Positions 32,751 through 47,435 of a stretch of DNA of 64,000 bases are shown piece after piece. The notes under the pieces were generated by a model. The model was given only the letters and a program-made list of their open reading frames with translations, was not told where the DNA came from and ran no database searches. Source of the stretch: the human T2T-CHM13v2.0 reference genome, Homo sapiens. Position numbers and translations under genes: made by a program. The stretch lies in assembly GCF_009914755.1 (NCBI RefSeq), contig NC_060928.1. One strand, 5' to 3'. How positions within the stretch are numbered: position 1 is the stretch's first letter; the number at the start of each line of letters is the position of its first letter.

Positions 32751-35642
32751 GTTTCTTCTTCCTTCAAAGGATATGGGAGGCAGATTTTGTAGTGGATTGA
32801 TGAAGTGAATTGAAACTACAAAAGTTGTAGTAGAATAAACTAGAAGAGCTGATTTGGAGGTTTTAGCAAGAGTGATGGTGTAGCCACATGTCTCACTGAG
32901 TGGCATAGTGCTGCTGACTGTTTCAGTGGGTATCAGCACAACCCTGGCCCCCTGGCAGTTGCGGGGAAACTGTGAGTAGAGCCCAGGCCCCCTTCGCATC
33001 CTAGCAGGAAATCCTTGAAATGTTGAAATGAGTTGAGTGCGTTAATTACCTCATTACCTTATATTTCAAGCTGCCTTGTTTGCCACTCTTTGGTAGGAAT
33101 TTTGGGGGAAGAGGTAACGAACTCTGCAGTATGCTGACTGTACCCGTGGCACCGACTTCTGTGGCGGTCCTGCCTGCATGTCCTGGTGTGACCAGAGGAG
33201 TAATTACCGGTTGATCGGAGCTGGTGGGAGGGAGGGGATGATGCAGCTCACTCATTGGCTGGGTTTGTTTATCCCTCTTCTTTGGGCAGTTTCTTGCCTC
33301 TGATTTGTCAGCTTGTGCAGCCAGTGAGTCCCACTGGGATCCCATGTGCAGATTCCACTGCTCTGAATGATTCCAAAACACCACCCAACCCGACCCGACT
33401 TTGTTTCTGAATGGCCCAGCTTTGAGAGAGCAAGCATTTGGGAAGTGAGATAAGCTAATTTACATGTGCAGTGATAACCCTCTTTAAAGGACTTCAACAG
33501 TCACCCTTATAACATTGCTTTGGAAGGATCGAATGCGATAAAGTGGAGAAAGAGACTCCTCAGACACCAGGCAAATCTGAGGATGCCGGGAGCGAGTGGG
33601 ACTGTCCCTGAATGATATCAGTTGTCTCATTTTAATGTTGTTTGGGTGAAGTGCTGGGCTCTGTTTTTCCTGTAAGGTGCTCAGTCACAGCCAGCTCGGG
33701 TTTTCCCTTAGGAATATCACCCAATTCTCTTTGTTTCTGAAACACAGCTTGAGCTGTAGAGACGCCTGCTTCTACAGCTGGGCTGCCCCTGTGTTGGGGC
33801 ACCGTGGGCTGCTCCTGTAGGGCCAGGGCTCAGGCCCCTGGAGGCTCTCTTGCCTGGGGAGAACATGATTCCCATCTGTCATCTCTCAGATACAGCTCTG
33901 GGGTCACCAGGGGACTTGGCCAGGCACACGTATAGCTTCTTACACATCTGTCCCCATTCCTGGAGAAAACTCACAATGCAAGCACCATGCTGGTAGGGAA
34001 CGTTTGCTACGTCTCTATAGGAAGCTCAGTAATGTGAAAACCCACAGAAACTAGAGTGAAAAGGAGTCAGAGAGAACCAGGCTAACCTATCAGTTCAACA
34101 CTGCTCTGGGAAAGTTATAAAATGATGTCTATGAGGCTTAGTTTCCTTACCTGTCCAGTAGAGATCATAAGAGTAATTTTCTCCTTCACTTTTCCTGCAG
34201 CAATGTCTCCGGATCTAGGCTGAGTGAAGAGAGTCCCAGAGGGTTGAGGGGTGAACAGGATGAGCGTGGGGCTTGGTTCACGTGGGGTGTGGGAGAGCAC
34301 TGCAGTCAAGGGTTGAATGTAGCAGAAGGTGGCACTTTCATGAAAGGAATACGAAACAAGTCATTTATCCATCCTAGGTGAATGCAGAGGAAGTTCTTTG
34401 AACGTGCTGTGTAACTATATCAACATACAGATTCTTATGCATGGCCTTTTAATTTATTAATTCTAATGAACCCAGTTTTCTGTCTTAATAAATTGAGATT
34501 CCTTTTTTGGTATGACCTTTTAAAGGGTGTTGAGTTTGACAGGTTTTATTCTCACCCTTTCTTTCTCTCCTCTCCTCCCTTTACACTGAACTTGAACTGC
34601 AGTCCCCAGATAGGATTCCAATAAGGAGGCCGCCCTTTCAGCTTGGGAGTTTTTACCTTATGGCTGGCAGGTGATTGTGTTAACATGAAATAAACCCCTA
34701 GGTTAGTAAATAATGTGACTGTTAAAGATTAGTCTTCAAAAGAAGGCAACCATACTCTTGTAAAAATTTAACCTTATAGCCAGGAAGTGACATTAACGTT
34801 GGTTAACAGTCTCGCTGCTGGTTATCAACTCAGAAGCAGACCCAGAGATCAGGAATTTAGCCTGAAACCTGATTCTCTTTTGTTCACAGTGAATCACATA
34901 CATTTGGAAAGGAAGAGCATTATAACAACATTCCTATTTTAGCTAGTCTCCCGTTACCAAAAAACAAACGGGAAAAAACTGCAGCAGTTTTCAGGTTATC
35001 TTTCCTCCACGCAGCCGGGATGTTTACATCCAGAGACAGAAATGGCTTCTGTATTTAACAGCCAAAAAAAGTTCTCATTTCTAGTCTGATAAAGCCACCT
35101 GAAATTTTGATCAGTGAAAACCTGCTACAGCTCAATCTGGGTTTTGACAGAATAGCTATCCCATATTTCATTAAATAAAAAGATGCCATGTATTGTAAGG
35201 CACATCCTGATTCCAGAGATCAGAAAAATGCAAAAACAAACAAACAAACAAACAAAAAAGTATCTTATCCTTGGTGAAATGTATACAGCACAAGATTTTT
35301 CGTTTTAAAATTGTGAGTAAATAAAATGTAGGACACTACCTTACACCCTCCTAAAAGGTCTGTTGGACATATGTAAACTTTTTGAATGAAATGAAATTTT
35401 TCTTTTAGAAAAAAATTTAATGATGTTTCCGAAATATGACTTTATTGGTTCTTTTACGTCCATAAATCAGGGTTGGGACTCAATCTGCCTTATCTTCAGA
35501 GTTGTTTTTTATTTTCTCAGTTCAAATCTCACGCGATTCTTGTTAGGCCAAGACATCCATTTCTAAATTGGGGCTTTTAAATGTGGGTGATATTATTCTA
35601 AGAGGAAATTGCTAAATTTAAAACATTTAAAGTGTATATTTA

Positions 35643-35967
35643 CAGTCCTCCCTCCATGACTGCAGATTTTGCATCCTCAAATTCAACCAACCATGAATCA
35701 AAAATATTCAGAAAAAAGTAGAAAATAACAATACAACAATAAAAAATAATACAAATTTAAAAATACAGTATAACAACCCCTTACATAACATAATTTACAT
35801 TGTCTTAGGTATTACAAGTAATCTAGAGATGGTTTAAAGTATGCAGGAGGTTGTGCATAGATTATATGCAAAATACTATGCAATTTTATGTAAGACTTGA
35901 GCATCGTTAGATTTTGGTATCCCCAGGGGTCCTGGAACTAATCCCCTGTGATACTAAAGGATGACTG
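35643..35967 (-). mobile_element. MER2-like Tigger DNA transposon (MITE)
   Basis: TIR-like ends cagtcctccc...ggatgactg, TA at the left flank, recognisable internal consensus. Confidence 0.75.
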
Positions 35968-35973
35968 ACTTTA

Positions 35974-36433
<460 letters not shown>

Positions 36434-36701
36434 TATATTAAAAGTTATATAATATTAAAGTAGGTATGTGTTATTATTACATTTAAGGAAATATAATACC
36501 ACTGTAGAAAGTTTGGGGAGATGATAATCTTTTAATATTTGTAAAACTATGTTAGGAATATCTGTTAATCACCAGATTTATACATTGGGAATTATTCTCT
36601 GATAAATTAGTGTTGCATTTTGATCGGTTTTAATTATCTTCTTTCTCCATCTCTTTTTATTTGAATTTAGTAATCCTATGTGTCCTTATTTTTTTTTCCA
36701 G

Positions 36702-36763
36702 ATTACTATTTTGGATGCAAAACGGAGCATGAACATTGGGATATTTCTTAAGCAATTTAAGAA
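36702..36763 (+). CDS. FHDC1: FHDC1 coding exon (FH2: ITILDAKRSMNIGIFLKQFK)
   Basis: tttttttccag| acceptor, AA|gtaaga donor; 62 nt; contains the FH2 motif LDxKRxxNIxIFL; in frame with neighbours. Confidence 0.96.
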
Positions 36764-37419
36764 GTAAGATTTTGCACACATTTGAAACTTTAGTCATATC
36801 CCTGCTGTCAGCATCAAAGTCTGTGGGTGTGACTGAGCTGGAATTCAAATTCCTCACACCTTCAAATCCTTCTTAGACGCATGGCTTGATGAGCCTGCAA
36901 GTGACTGTCACTTTCTGCTGTTTTTCTTCAGGGAAACATAACATAGTGGCTTGAAGTATATGGAGAATTGCCCCAGGGCATCCATTCAAGCCTGTCCCAT
37001 CAGGGACACCTTCAGAGTCACCTTTAGTGTTGCCCCTTCAGTGGAGGTTGGACTGATGAGTCAAATAGCGGTCAGAGTTTTGTGTTCTGAAGTATAAGGA
37101 GAAGGTTGTGCAGGGGTTTCAGTGAGACCAAAGAGGATTATTTTTCTCACAACAAAAGAGACTCCCAGTGGTTGTTGCTGCTTTCAGCCTTTTTGGGATG
37201 CCCAAGGATGGTGCTCTGGGTGAAGGGCCCTTGAGTGGAGTGTTGGGTTCCCTGTTTTGAGGCAGTGGGGCTGTTATGAGCACTCACACAAAACTGCCAG
37301 CCAGTCTGGGAAGGAGGTGGGTGGGAAGGAGGGTGGAGGAGATTTAATTTCCACTGGCTTGCACCTCTGTTGGCACTCCAGCAAACGTGAAATGGAATGT
37401 GATTCATTGTCTTTTCAAG

Positions 37420-37522
37420 GTCTCCTCGGTCCATTGTAGAAGATATTCATCAAGGAAAAAGTGAGCATTATGGATCAGAGACCTTGCGAGAATTTCTTAA
37501 GTTTTTGCCAGAGTCAGAAGAG
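37420..37522 (+). CDS. FHDC1: FHDC1 coding exon (SPRSIVEDIHQGKSEHYGSETLREFLKFLPESEE)
   Basis: cttttcaag| acceptor, GAG|gtaaga donor; 103 nt; restores phase 0; FH2 LPxxEE motif. Confidence 0.96.
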
Positions 37523-37600
37523 GTAAGAAATTCAGCGCATGAGTTGTAGATGTTAGGAGTGATCATAAAAGCTTAATATTTTTAAGTGTGTCAAAGCTCA

Positions 37601-37915
<315 letters not shown>

Positions 37916-37994
37916 AGCTCACATGCTCACATGGGAAGGGCACTCTCCTACCCAGAGCCAGAGTTTTCTCACATAAAAGTAAAAAGTGACCTGG

Positions 37995-38210
37995 TAGAAA
38001 AAGCATGGATTATGGAGTCAGAGAATCTAGATTCAGATTTGAGCTATTCCCTTAACTGAGAAAATGGGGCAAGGTTCTTAACTCCTGTGAACTTTAGTTT
38101 CCTCACCTGTAAAGGGAGGATAATGATGCTGACCTCATTGGATTGTCAAGATGATGAAATCCTAGTTAATGCATCTAACATGGCACTTGGCACGTGGGAG
38201 CTCAATAAAT
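37995..38210. mobile_element. MIR
   Basis: MIR core: gggcaagg...cttaactc...ttagtttcctcacctgtaaagggagataatg. Confidence 0.75.
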
Positions 38211-38700
38211 TCTCATCATCCAAAGAAAAGGATTCCTTTTCTATCATCTAAAGATGACCTTTGCATAGTATAAACCCAGGTTATTTTATAATCCATATAC
38301 TTTTTTTAAAAAAAAAGATGAAAACAATCATTTTTGAATAAAGATGCTCTAAAATTTTGGGGAGGTAGGTAAACTGTTAATAAAATCTTGTCTACATAAT
38401 TAACTCAAAGGTGGAAATTGTTGTGATAGTAATACATACTACCATGATATAAAGTTATTTATTTTGCTTGGACTGAATGAGTTAACTGCATTGTTGAATG
38501 GTTAGGAGCTTGATAGAAAAAAAACCCAGAAAAACAGTTGTATAAAACCTTCCAAAATTTTGATATTGTCCTTTATTTCTAAGGAAAAAATTCCTTGAAA
38601 AATTTCAGTAAGAAATTACACAAATACCTATGCTTATAGATACCTAAATAATATAGATTCTTACAAAGTTTTTTACTTTATAAGTAAAAGTAATAGATGA

Positions 38701-38980
<280 letters not shown>

Positions 38981-40554
38981 AACTTTATAAGTAAAAAGTA
39001 AGGGTGACTTTTTAATATGTTATCCTTTTCACAGGCACTTCTGACTTCTCCCTCCCCTTTCCCACTCTTCTTCCCAGACATAATGTATGTAGCTTTACTT
39101 TAGTGTCAGGAGATCTAGTTATATCTAGGTGTTCCTATCAACCTGGCCGCTCTCTCTCCCTCAGGTTTTCTCTTTGCACATTAAGTGTAATTAACCCAAG
39201 CCAAGATTAATTAGCAGCAGTTATTAATGTTAGTAGTAGAGTCTTGAAGTCTTAAAGGAAGGGCACATTAAATCATAATTTACCCTGGATTGTACATACT
39301 GAACAGTCCTTAATCTTTTCTGTAAAGGATAGGAGTTCCAAAATCTTTGTTAGGATAGATAGTTTTTAATTAATTTGAGTTTTAAAATGATGTACTTGCT
39401 CTTGAAACCTTATTCCTGCTTGGGCTGTTTTCAGGCCTCCTTTAGGACCTCTCTATACCCACTCCTAATTGACCTCATCGTGTTGTTAAGTGAGGATCAG
39501 ATTTGACAGCGCATGTGAAAGTGCTCTGAAAAGCTTTAAATTGCTAACTAAATCAAAGTTAGGCACAAGGGAGGCTGCCAGCTCAGCTTCATGCAGTGGT
39601 GAGGTGGGAAACTGAATACAATTTTCTTAATATCTTCATTTCTCATTTAAAATTCAAAGGTGATTAGAAAATGCAAAGGGATTTTTCAAAGAAGCAAGTA
39701 AGCTGTCAAACCTCATATTTAAAAGAACTTTGTATTTTTGGGTTGTGTGGGGGTATAATTCAAAAGGAAGACTGTTGAGGGCAAAGTGATGAAAACCCAT
39801 CCAGGCACTGCCTTGAATCCCCGAGACTCTGTCACCCCCAGTTAGCTAACCCGGGAGATGGGGTCCTGCTGAAATGAAAGTATTGGCCTGGGACCCTGAA
39901 GTGCCTTCCCAGCCACTGAACCAGGCAGCAGCTGTTTCTCCCCACAACCTCCTGCTGCGGGGTCATCCTCAGTCTGAATATCTGGCGTGCTTGGTCACAC
40001 TTCGCCTCCTTGTTTACATTACTGACTCTGAGCTTCAGCTCACCACACCCTCCAAACTCAACTGGGAGTTTCCTTCAGCAGGAACACCCTGACAGTCCCC
40101 AGAGCCGGCAGGAGCCCCTTCCTAAACCCTCCCGGGTATCTGTGCTGTGGGAGGGGGTCTCGGGGAAAGCCGAAGCCGCTCCCTGACTGCTGCCCACTGT
40201 AAGGACAAACTTTTTTGTGTCCCCTGGCACCAGTCAGACCCAGGGCCAACCCTGGAGTCTTTGGGTCTCTGGATGGAGGTTGGAGGATGCGGAAGAGGCC
40301 AAGGAGGAGACAGGGCCAAATAAGAGAGGTTTAGGAATGTGGCAGAAATATGCTAATAAATTCGTAAGTGGACACATTACCACGTGGCTCTCAGCCTATG
40401 TGTAACGCTCTGTGCTCATTTTTAGCACAAGTAAGGACTAAACCTTTATTGAGTGCCCCCATGTACCAGGCACTGACTGGACAGGGCAGAATGAAGTGAC
40501 TGAGCCTAGTGCCTGGCACATAAAAAAATCGATCATAGCTATGATTCTTTTGTG

Positions 40555-40740
40555 TATTTTTCATTTAATCCTTGCAGCAATGTTTTAAGACACTCCTTGT
40601 TTTACAAATGAGAAACTGAGGCTCACACAGGTTAGTTATACCTTGTCTGGTGTCACATGATTGCTGAGTGATACAGCAGCGGGGTGGACTTGAGCCCTGA
40701 TTCCGCTGAGCCCAGTGTGGTTCTGCTGCACTCCACTGCC
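40555..40740. mobile_element. MIR
   Basis: tttacaaatgagaaactgaggctca MIR core. Confidence 0.7.
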
Positions 40741-43700
40741 TGCCTTGGAGGAAGGAAGGGCAAAGGTTGTCAAAACCCCGCCTCGCGCTGCTGGCCTGCC
40801 AGCCTTTTCATCACCTCTGCTATCACAAAGTACTGGTGTGAATAAGTGTCACTTGAATAATACTGTAATCTTATCAGCATGCTGAAAGATATAAACGGAA
40901 ACAGCCCTTTTCTCTCCTGCCTTCTCAGCTGACAAGCCGACCAAAGCCAAGGTTAATTCGTTGTTGAGAATTTCTCTGCCCTCTACCACAAATCTTTTAT
41001 CTGGCATGTTTGTTCATCTTTCCTCTAATAGAGGTTCACACTTGCAGAGGAAGAAGGTGGGCCCAGAAATGAAACTCTGGGAGTGTGTTCTTGTCCAGCA
41101 CGGAGTTCCCAAGCCAGGGAACCCCCCCACCGCGCCTGACCAGCCCTTCCTCTGTTGTGGGCTGGTGCTAGACGTGGTAGAAACTTTCTGTTCTCCTGAA
41201 GCAGCTTGAGTTGCCTCTGCTGGACATTTGTAGTATCTCTTTCCCACCTTCTTGGTTGACTCTGCTGCTGGGAAGGGAATGACAGGAAGCCCATGGGTCT
41301 TCTGTTGGGTGGGTGTGTTTGTGGGAAATCCTGCCATTTCAAGCCATGTGACTGGAATTAGATAGGATGAAGGAGGTGTGCCCTTTGGAGTGTGAGAGTC
41401 TCAAGGAGCCTGCTCTCACTGTTAGGACAGCAACCAGGCACAACCAGGGCCATAATGAGTGTCTCTTGGCTCAGCCCACAAAGTTATGCCTAACCATGTT
41501 TAATCAATGTTTTTTTTGGTAATGAGAATGCATAATAATTATAGGGTCTGTTCACCTTTCTTTTTTACTTCCCTGCCGCTGTGAAGATACAATAATCCCT
41601 CTTAAAGAACATAAATCTCATCTTGAAATTGAACAAAGAACTGTATACATGGCATTTAAATTAAATACGGTCTTTCCATCACCCTTCTCTTGAAATCCAT
41701 ACATTTTTTTTTAGCTTTTTACATAAGTGAAGGAGATTAATCATTGTTCAGTTACAGTTTAGCACATGTTTAATAGAAACATTTACCGAGTTTACTTAGC
41801 ATGACCTGTTCTTACACTTTAGACTGAAAACCATGCTGTGATTTTCAGAGGTTTCACACATGCTACATATATGGTCTTATACAACTTCCCTCTGCCCCTG
41901 CCCATATATAGTGAATTGTTCAACTCTAGTTGAGAAGGGATTAGAATTCATCGTGTAGGTTTCTCAGCACAGAAGCCAGGGACTGATTTGGGCTTAGCTA
42001 AACCAGAAGTGCCATGTGCCCTTAAATTTAATAAGGCTAAAAATGGTCAATTCACTTTGAGGCTCTACCAGTAAGGGAAATGCAATTATATAAATGGCTA
42101 TTTTCTGTCCTAAAAGAAGAAAATAGTCTTAAGAGTCAGACTTAATACTAGGGTGTGAACTCGAAGTGTTACATTTTATATTTTCAAATAATTGAGGTAG
42201 TTGTTTCACTTTGTGGATCTTTGCAAATACTCCTTTCTTTATATTTTTGAACTGTCATTTCCTATTTTGCAAGGAACTTAAAATCACGTTATTAATCATA
42301 ACCAAGGGAGTGGAAGATAATAAGCTTTATAAAGAATAATATGAAGTGTTAGCTACTTACTGGCAACAGTTAGCTGCAAAGATAGGCTGTACACTTCACT
42401 AATAGTATTAAGGTACTACTTACCATAAAGAATTTTGTTGGATGACTCTCTATTTAAACAGTGGACTTAGAAGTGGTTTTGCCATGGGAATGGCCCAGTG
42501 TTCTGTGTGGGGAAGGCATGATTTGTGATCTAATGTTGTTTGAAAACTTTCCTTTCATCTCCACTCTCACCTATTTGCTTTTTGGCTATATACCTGTTGT
42601 CAGAACTCTTCTCTTTTTCCTGTATTACGGGTGAAGGAATAATTGTTTGTGTGTTTAAAAACTTAGTTTAGTTTATTTTTTAAAGAGTGATCATGTTCAT
42701 TGTAGACATCTTAGAAAATAAAAATGAGCAACAGAAGAAAATAGCAGACAACTGTAATCCTATCACCTAGTGTATGTGGGGCTTTTTGGGGGAGGGGTTT
42801 CCCTATGTTGCCCAGGCTAGTCGTGAACTCCTGGCCTCAAGTGATCCTTCTGCCTTGGCCTCCCAAAAAGCTGAGATTACAGGCATGAGTCACTACCTGG
42901 AGATGTGGGGCTTTTTCATCTTTTTCTTGTGTATGTAGGTGTGTGCATGGGAGGATTGGAGGTTAATAGATACCTTTTAAAAAAATTTATAGAAATAGAT
43001 GTATATATAGTATGTACATCCTAGTGTACATACTATTTTATTGCCTAGTCTTTTCAGGCTGGAACCCCGCTTTTCCAGAAGCTGACCTCCTTTCCAGGCA
43101 TCCACAGTACAACTCTTCTGCCAGGGTCCCTGGGGGCAATCTTAACATCGGTCGTCCCGTTGTTTAAGCAATTTTCCTATTTGTCTTCCTGCTGAAGAGC
43201 AGATGCGTACTCACCTGAAGACACAATAGACTCTTCCTTTAAAGCTATTGTATGTGAAGTGGGATTTGACCACTGAAAGAAAATCTGTGTTAGATCTTAC
43301 TCAGTCTAAGTATTTTATATACAAAATACTCAAAATAAGATTTTTTTCCGTTTATGACTTAAAGAACCATATTATAATGACTCTACAGTCTTTTATTTCT
43401 TCTCCCAATGATCTCATTTCCAGATTATTGCTTACAGAAAATTTTCATCCTTAGAACTGATTCCTTTTTAGTCCCTCCCTTTTGTAACCTTCCTGAGGAT
43501 TCTGCTGGCTCCAGCTCTCCAGTTTACACGAGACTGTGTATCTATAGCTACATAAGTGACGCTAGCTCTTTGCTTTCAAATTTGTGAGTTTGTATTTTTC
43601 TTTTAAAAAAACCAAATAGCAGATGGGAGGATTTCCTTTTTTGTCTTTTCTAAATTAATTTGAATTTAGCACTAAAATCCTATTTTTTTAGAAGAATTGG

Positions 43701-43775
43701 AAGATGAAATTTAAATAATCTTAAATTGTATTCGTAAGTGATTTTATATACCCCCCCTTTCCATTTGTCTTTTAG

Positions 43776-43861
43776 GTAAAGAAGTTAAAAGCGTTTAGTG
43801 GCGACGTGTCGAAGCTGTCTCTGGCAGATTCCTTTCTGTATGGCTTAATTCAGGTGCCAAA
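43776..43861 (+). CDS. FHDC1: FHDC1 coding exon (VKKLKAFSGDVSKLSLADSFLYGLIQVP)
   Basis: ttttag| acceptor, AA|gtaagg donor; 86 nt; in frame. Confidence 0.95.
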
Positions 43862-43954
43862 GTAAGGATACAGTCGCTGGTTATTATTCTTCATGCAGTA
43901 AGATTTTTAAACTAATGACATCAAATTCTACAGTTTTACTTTTTTATTTTTCAG

Positions 43955-44055
43955 CTATTCACTTCGGATTGAAGCCATGGTGCTAAAGAAGGAATTTCTA
44001 CCTTCTTGCTCTTCTCTATATACAGATATAACAGTTTTAAGAACTGCTATAAAAG
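43955..44055 (+). CDS. FHDC1: FHDC1 coding exon (YSLRIEAMVLKKEF...LRTAIK)
   Basis: ttttcag| acceptor after a 93-nt intron, G|gtgagt donor; 101 nt; in frame. Confidence 0.95.
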
Positions 44056-46026
44056 GTGAGTCAACATATGATCCTTCGCAGAATTTGTTTTTATTAATTT
44101 CGATAGCAGTTTTTTTAAAAAGCCAAATGAAATTGGACATGGAAAGTCCTGAATTTCTGATATACCCTTAAAAGGGAAATGAGATGTTACTAGGGATGCA
44201 CTTAAGGTTGATTTCCATTGACATTTTTCCCCTGTAATGAATGTTAATTTACATATTACCCTCCCACAGAAGGGAATTTCTTTCATCTCAGGCTTCAGAG
44301 TCAACCTTGCTGGTTACGGCTTGCTCTTGTTTCTCTCCTGGATGAGCTTTCTCTGTGTATGTTGGTATGTGGTGTGTGCATGTGTGGTGTGGGCTGTGCA
44401 CGTACACAAAGCCCGGGCCCCTGGCCCAGCTGCCTCTCTCCTCCCTGTCGTGGCCTCTGTTGGTGGCTGGGACCCAGCCTTTCCAGAAGCAGACCTCTTT
44501 TCCTGGGGTCAACCGTGTGACTCTTCTGCCAGGGTTCCTGACGTTTCTGTTCTGTGGTGTCGTCTCCCACTCCTCCATACTCCAATTTCTGCTGAGCTAT
44601 TTAAATTTGAGAGGGGCAGATAGGCCATTTTCATTTATTTGAAAAACTCTTTAAATTCTTGCCTGCCCAGCCTGGATAGCCTCTTCTCAGAGCTGCCCTG
44701 CCGTCTCCTTCCGGAGGGGTGGGAGCTTTGGTTTCTGGCATCTTGGCACTGAGAATCCCGGCGGAGTTGCAGCTGGCTTCTTTTCAGCTCGGGGCCATAT
44801 TCTCTGGCCCTCCCTGACCTTCACACTTTTCAGCATGCGTCAGTGCCAGCCTGATTTCCTTTTGGTCATTTTCTGGATTTCTAGTTATTGTTTTAGAATT
44901 GTTTATTCCTATTTGGTTTTCCTGTTTACTTGCTCTGGCCTGTTTTGAGATAAAATTTTTCTCTTTGGTCCATCGTATTTTCTTCATTTTAGAGAGGAGA
45001 CTAAGAAGGAAAAAGATTTTTAAAAATTTCAACATAGAGGCCTTTAAACTTTTTTTCCATACACACTATTGCAGCGACTTTGGAAGGTTTGTTCTGGAAG
45101 AATGTGTTTTTATATTGAGCAATGCAAACTTGTGGGCATGGTAGAAACATTTCTTATCTGGTCATCCTTCCAAAACTGGCCTTCTTAGATAACACAATAT
45201 AGGCAGTGATCCAACTGTAATTTTTTGAAAGTATTACCAGACTTAATGGAGAATATTAACTTAAAAATGTCAGTGACATTTTATTATTTGATAGTATAAT
45301 TTTAATAAGTTTTCTTTTTACCTTTCTAAATGTATTAAAAATTTTAAATTTTGTTTCTTTGCATGGGTGTACAAAGGATTTGGTGTTAATAAAGAACTAG
45401 TTTACCAATATATTACAATGATAAGTTTCTTTCTAAAACTTTCAGCCAATCCAAATGAAATGTGTGGCTTTGAATAAAATGAAAAGATTCCCTGGATGCC
45501 TGGGCCCTCGCGGTTTGTTCTTTGCAAGTTATTTACATGTTCTCCCAGCTTGTTTATTTTTTATCTCTTCATAACTCATTGACTAAGCAAAACGTTGCTT
45601 GCTGTTAGTTTTCATATTCCATAAATGCGGTCTCTTTGAGACTGCATACTCAAAGAGTAGTGGATATACAAGGAAAAATTAAATAACTGCTGAGAAGGAA
45701 GTTAACTCCTATCTCACGGGATACTGCTTTGCATTAGGCTTTTGCATTTTTCACTAATTGAAAATTTTTATTATTGAACTATTTTGTGCTATTTAACTAT
45801 CATACCTATTTGATTTCCAAGTAAACACTATGACACGGATTGCCGGTAGCAAATGATGTGTTAGGTATCCCATAGAATGTATTGCTTTGTTTGTTTTTTC
45901 CGTTTTATATACAGTTTAAGGTCACAGTTTGCTTCAGATACACTTGAACTTGGATGTGGTAGCTGTCTTTTGTGCATTTGAAACTGAAGGCATCTCTAAG
46001 GTGCTGTGATGTGTTCTTTTTGATAG

Positions 46027-46097
46027 AACTGATGTCATGTGAAGAGCTACATTCAATATTACACTTGGTGCTCCAGGCTGGGAATATCATGAATGCA
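46027..46097 (+). CDS. FHDC1: FHDC1 coding exon (LMSCEELHSILHLVLQAGNIMNA)
   Basis: tttgatag| acceptor, GCA|gtaagt donor; 71 nt; encodes the FH2 signature GNxMN. Confidence 0.96.
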
Positions 46098-46151
46098 GTA
46101 AGTAAAATCCAAAACAATTGTAATGTTATGTTTTCAACCTTGTCTATCTAA

Positions 46152-46153
<2 letters not shown>

Positions 46154-46201
<48 letters not shown>
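46154..46201 (+). repeat. (GT)24 microsatellite inside a 144-nt intron
   Basis: Directly visible. Confidence 0.95.
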
Positions 46202-46205
<4 letters not shown>

Positions 46206-46241
46206 ATACATAATTTTTTCTTTTTGATTTGTCTTCTTTAG

Positions 46242-46349
46242 GGAGGGTATGCCGGCAATGCAGTAGGATTTAAACTGTCTTCTTTGCTCAAATTGGCAGA
46301 CACAAAAGCAAACAAACCTGGGATGAATCTCCTGCACTTTGTTGCACAG
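46242..46349 (+). CDS. FHDC1: FHDC1 coding exon ([36 protein letters not shown])
   Basis: cttctttag| acceptor, CAG|gtatgt donor; 108 nt; FH2 GFxLxxLxKLxDTK motif. Confidence 0.97.
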
Positions 46350-47204
46350 GTATGTGGAAATGATTAGGACTTAGAGAACGCATATGAATACCCCTTGGAG
46401 GCAGTGAAGTTTTTCCCAGGCATAAGATGGTGTCCAGCAGGGTTAGGAAAGGGCATGGCAAGTTCCAAGATGGTTCTGTTTGTAGAAGCGCCATTAGCAG
46501 ATTCCTGAGTTGTACTGCACCCAGGGCTATAGGGCTGAAGGGAAGTGGGAGAGTGAAGCAGAGAGGCTGGTGAAGCCAGCTATGAAGGATTTAAGTGTCA
46601 AAGGTGGGGAATTTGGATTTCATGCTTTAGCAGTGGGGAACCAACAGGAGTTTGTGCACAGTGTAATAGCTTGACTGGATCTCTTTTGTTTTTGTTTTTA
46701 GGCAAATAAGGCACTGTGGAGGCTGGGTTAGAGTAGAGAAAGAACTAGAAATAGGAATACACCTCCGCAGAAGTTGGCTGTAATTGTTTGGTGAGCGTTG
46801 AGGGGGAGGGTAATGGTCATAGGGACAGAGAATAGAGGATGGAGGATTGAAATTTTCTGATGTGGAATTGACTAGATTTGTGACCAGTTATGTGTAGAAA
46901 GGTCACTTCTGTCTTTCTCCGTGAACCATGCATTTGAGCACCATGCTGCTAGCACAGGGTTTGGAGTCTGATCCTATCCATTGCTTTGTTTTTTTTTTTT
47001 TTTTTTTTTTTTTTTTGACTGGATCTCTATAACACCAAAAAAGTGAGGAACAAAGTGGAAAATCAAGGACAGTTATATCTTTGTTTTGAAATGATCTCAG
47101 CTAATGGAACTGATTGGCTTTTCCTCCATTGAATCACTCAGTTGTTTTGACATCAGTGCTGTAGTCGTAGCTTTAACCTGGGGAGGAAGCCGTGGTGCAG
47201 TCTT

Positions 47205-47435
47205 GTTTTGAATGTGAGCTTCAGAACAGGACAGGACTGGGAGATTTTGACTGTCCTTTGCTAGCTCTACTTCCTCAGGCAAGTTATTTAAACCTGAAGA
47301 CCCTCAATTTCTTCATCTAATGGTGAGAGTAGTGATAACTTACCCCAAAACTAGGTAATTGAGAGTGCTGAAGGAGCTGACTCCATAAAGTGCTTATCTC
47401 AATGTTTGGCCTATGGTGAGCTCTCCATAAATAAC
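47205..47435. mobile_element. MIR
   Basis: ggcaagttatttaaacctg...ctcaatttcttcatct MIR core. Confidence 0.6.
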
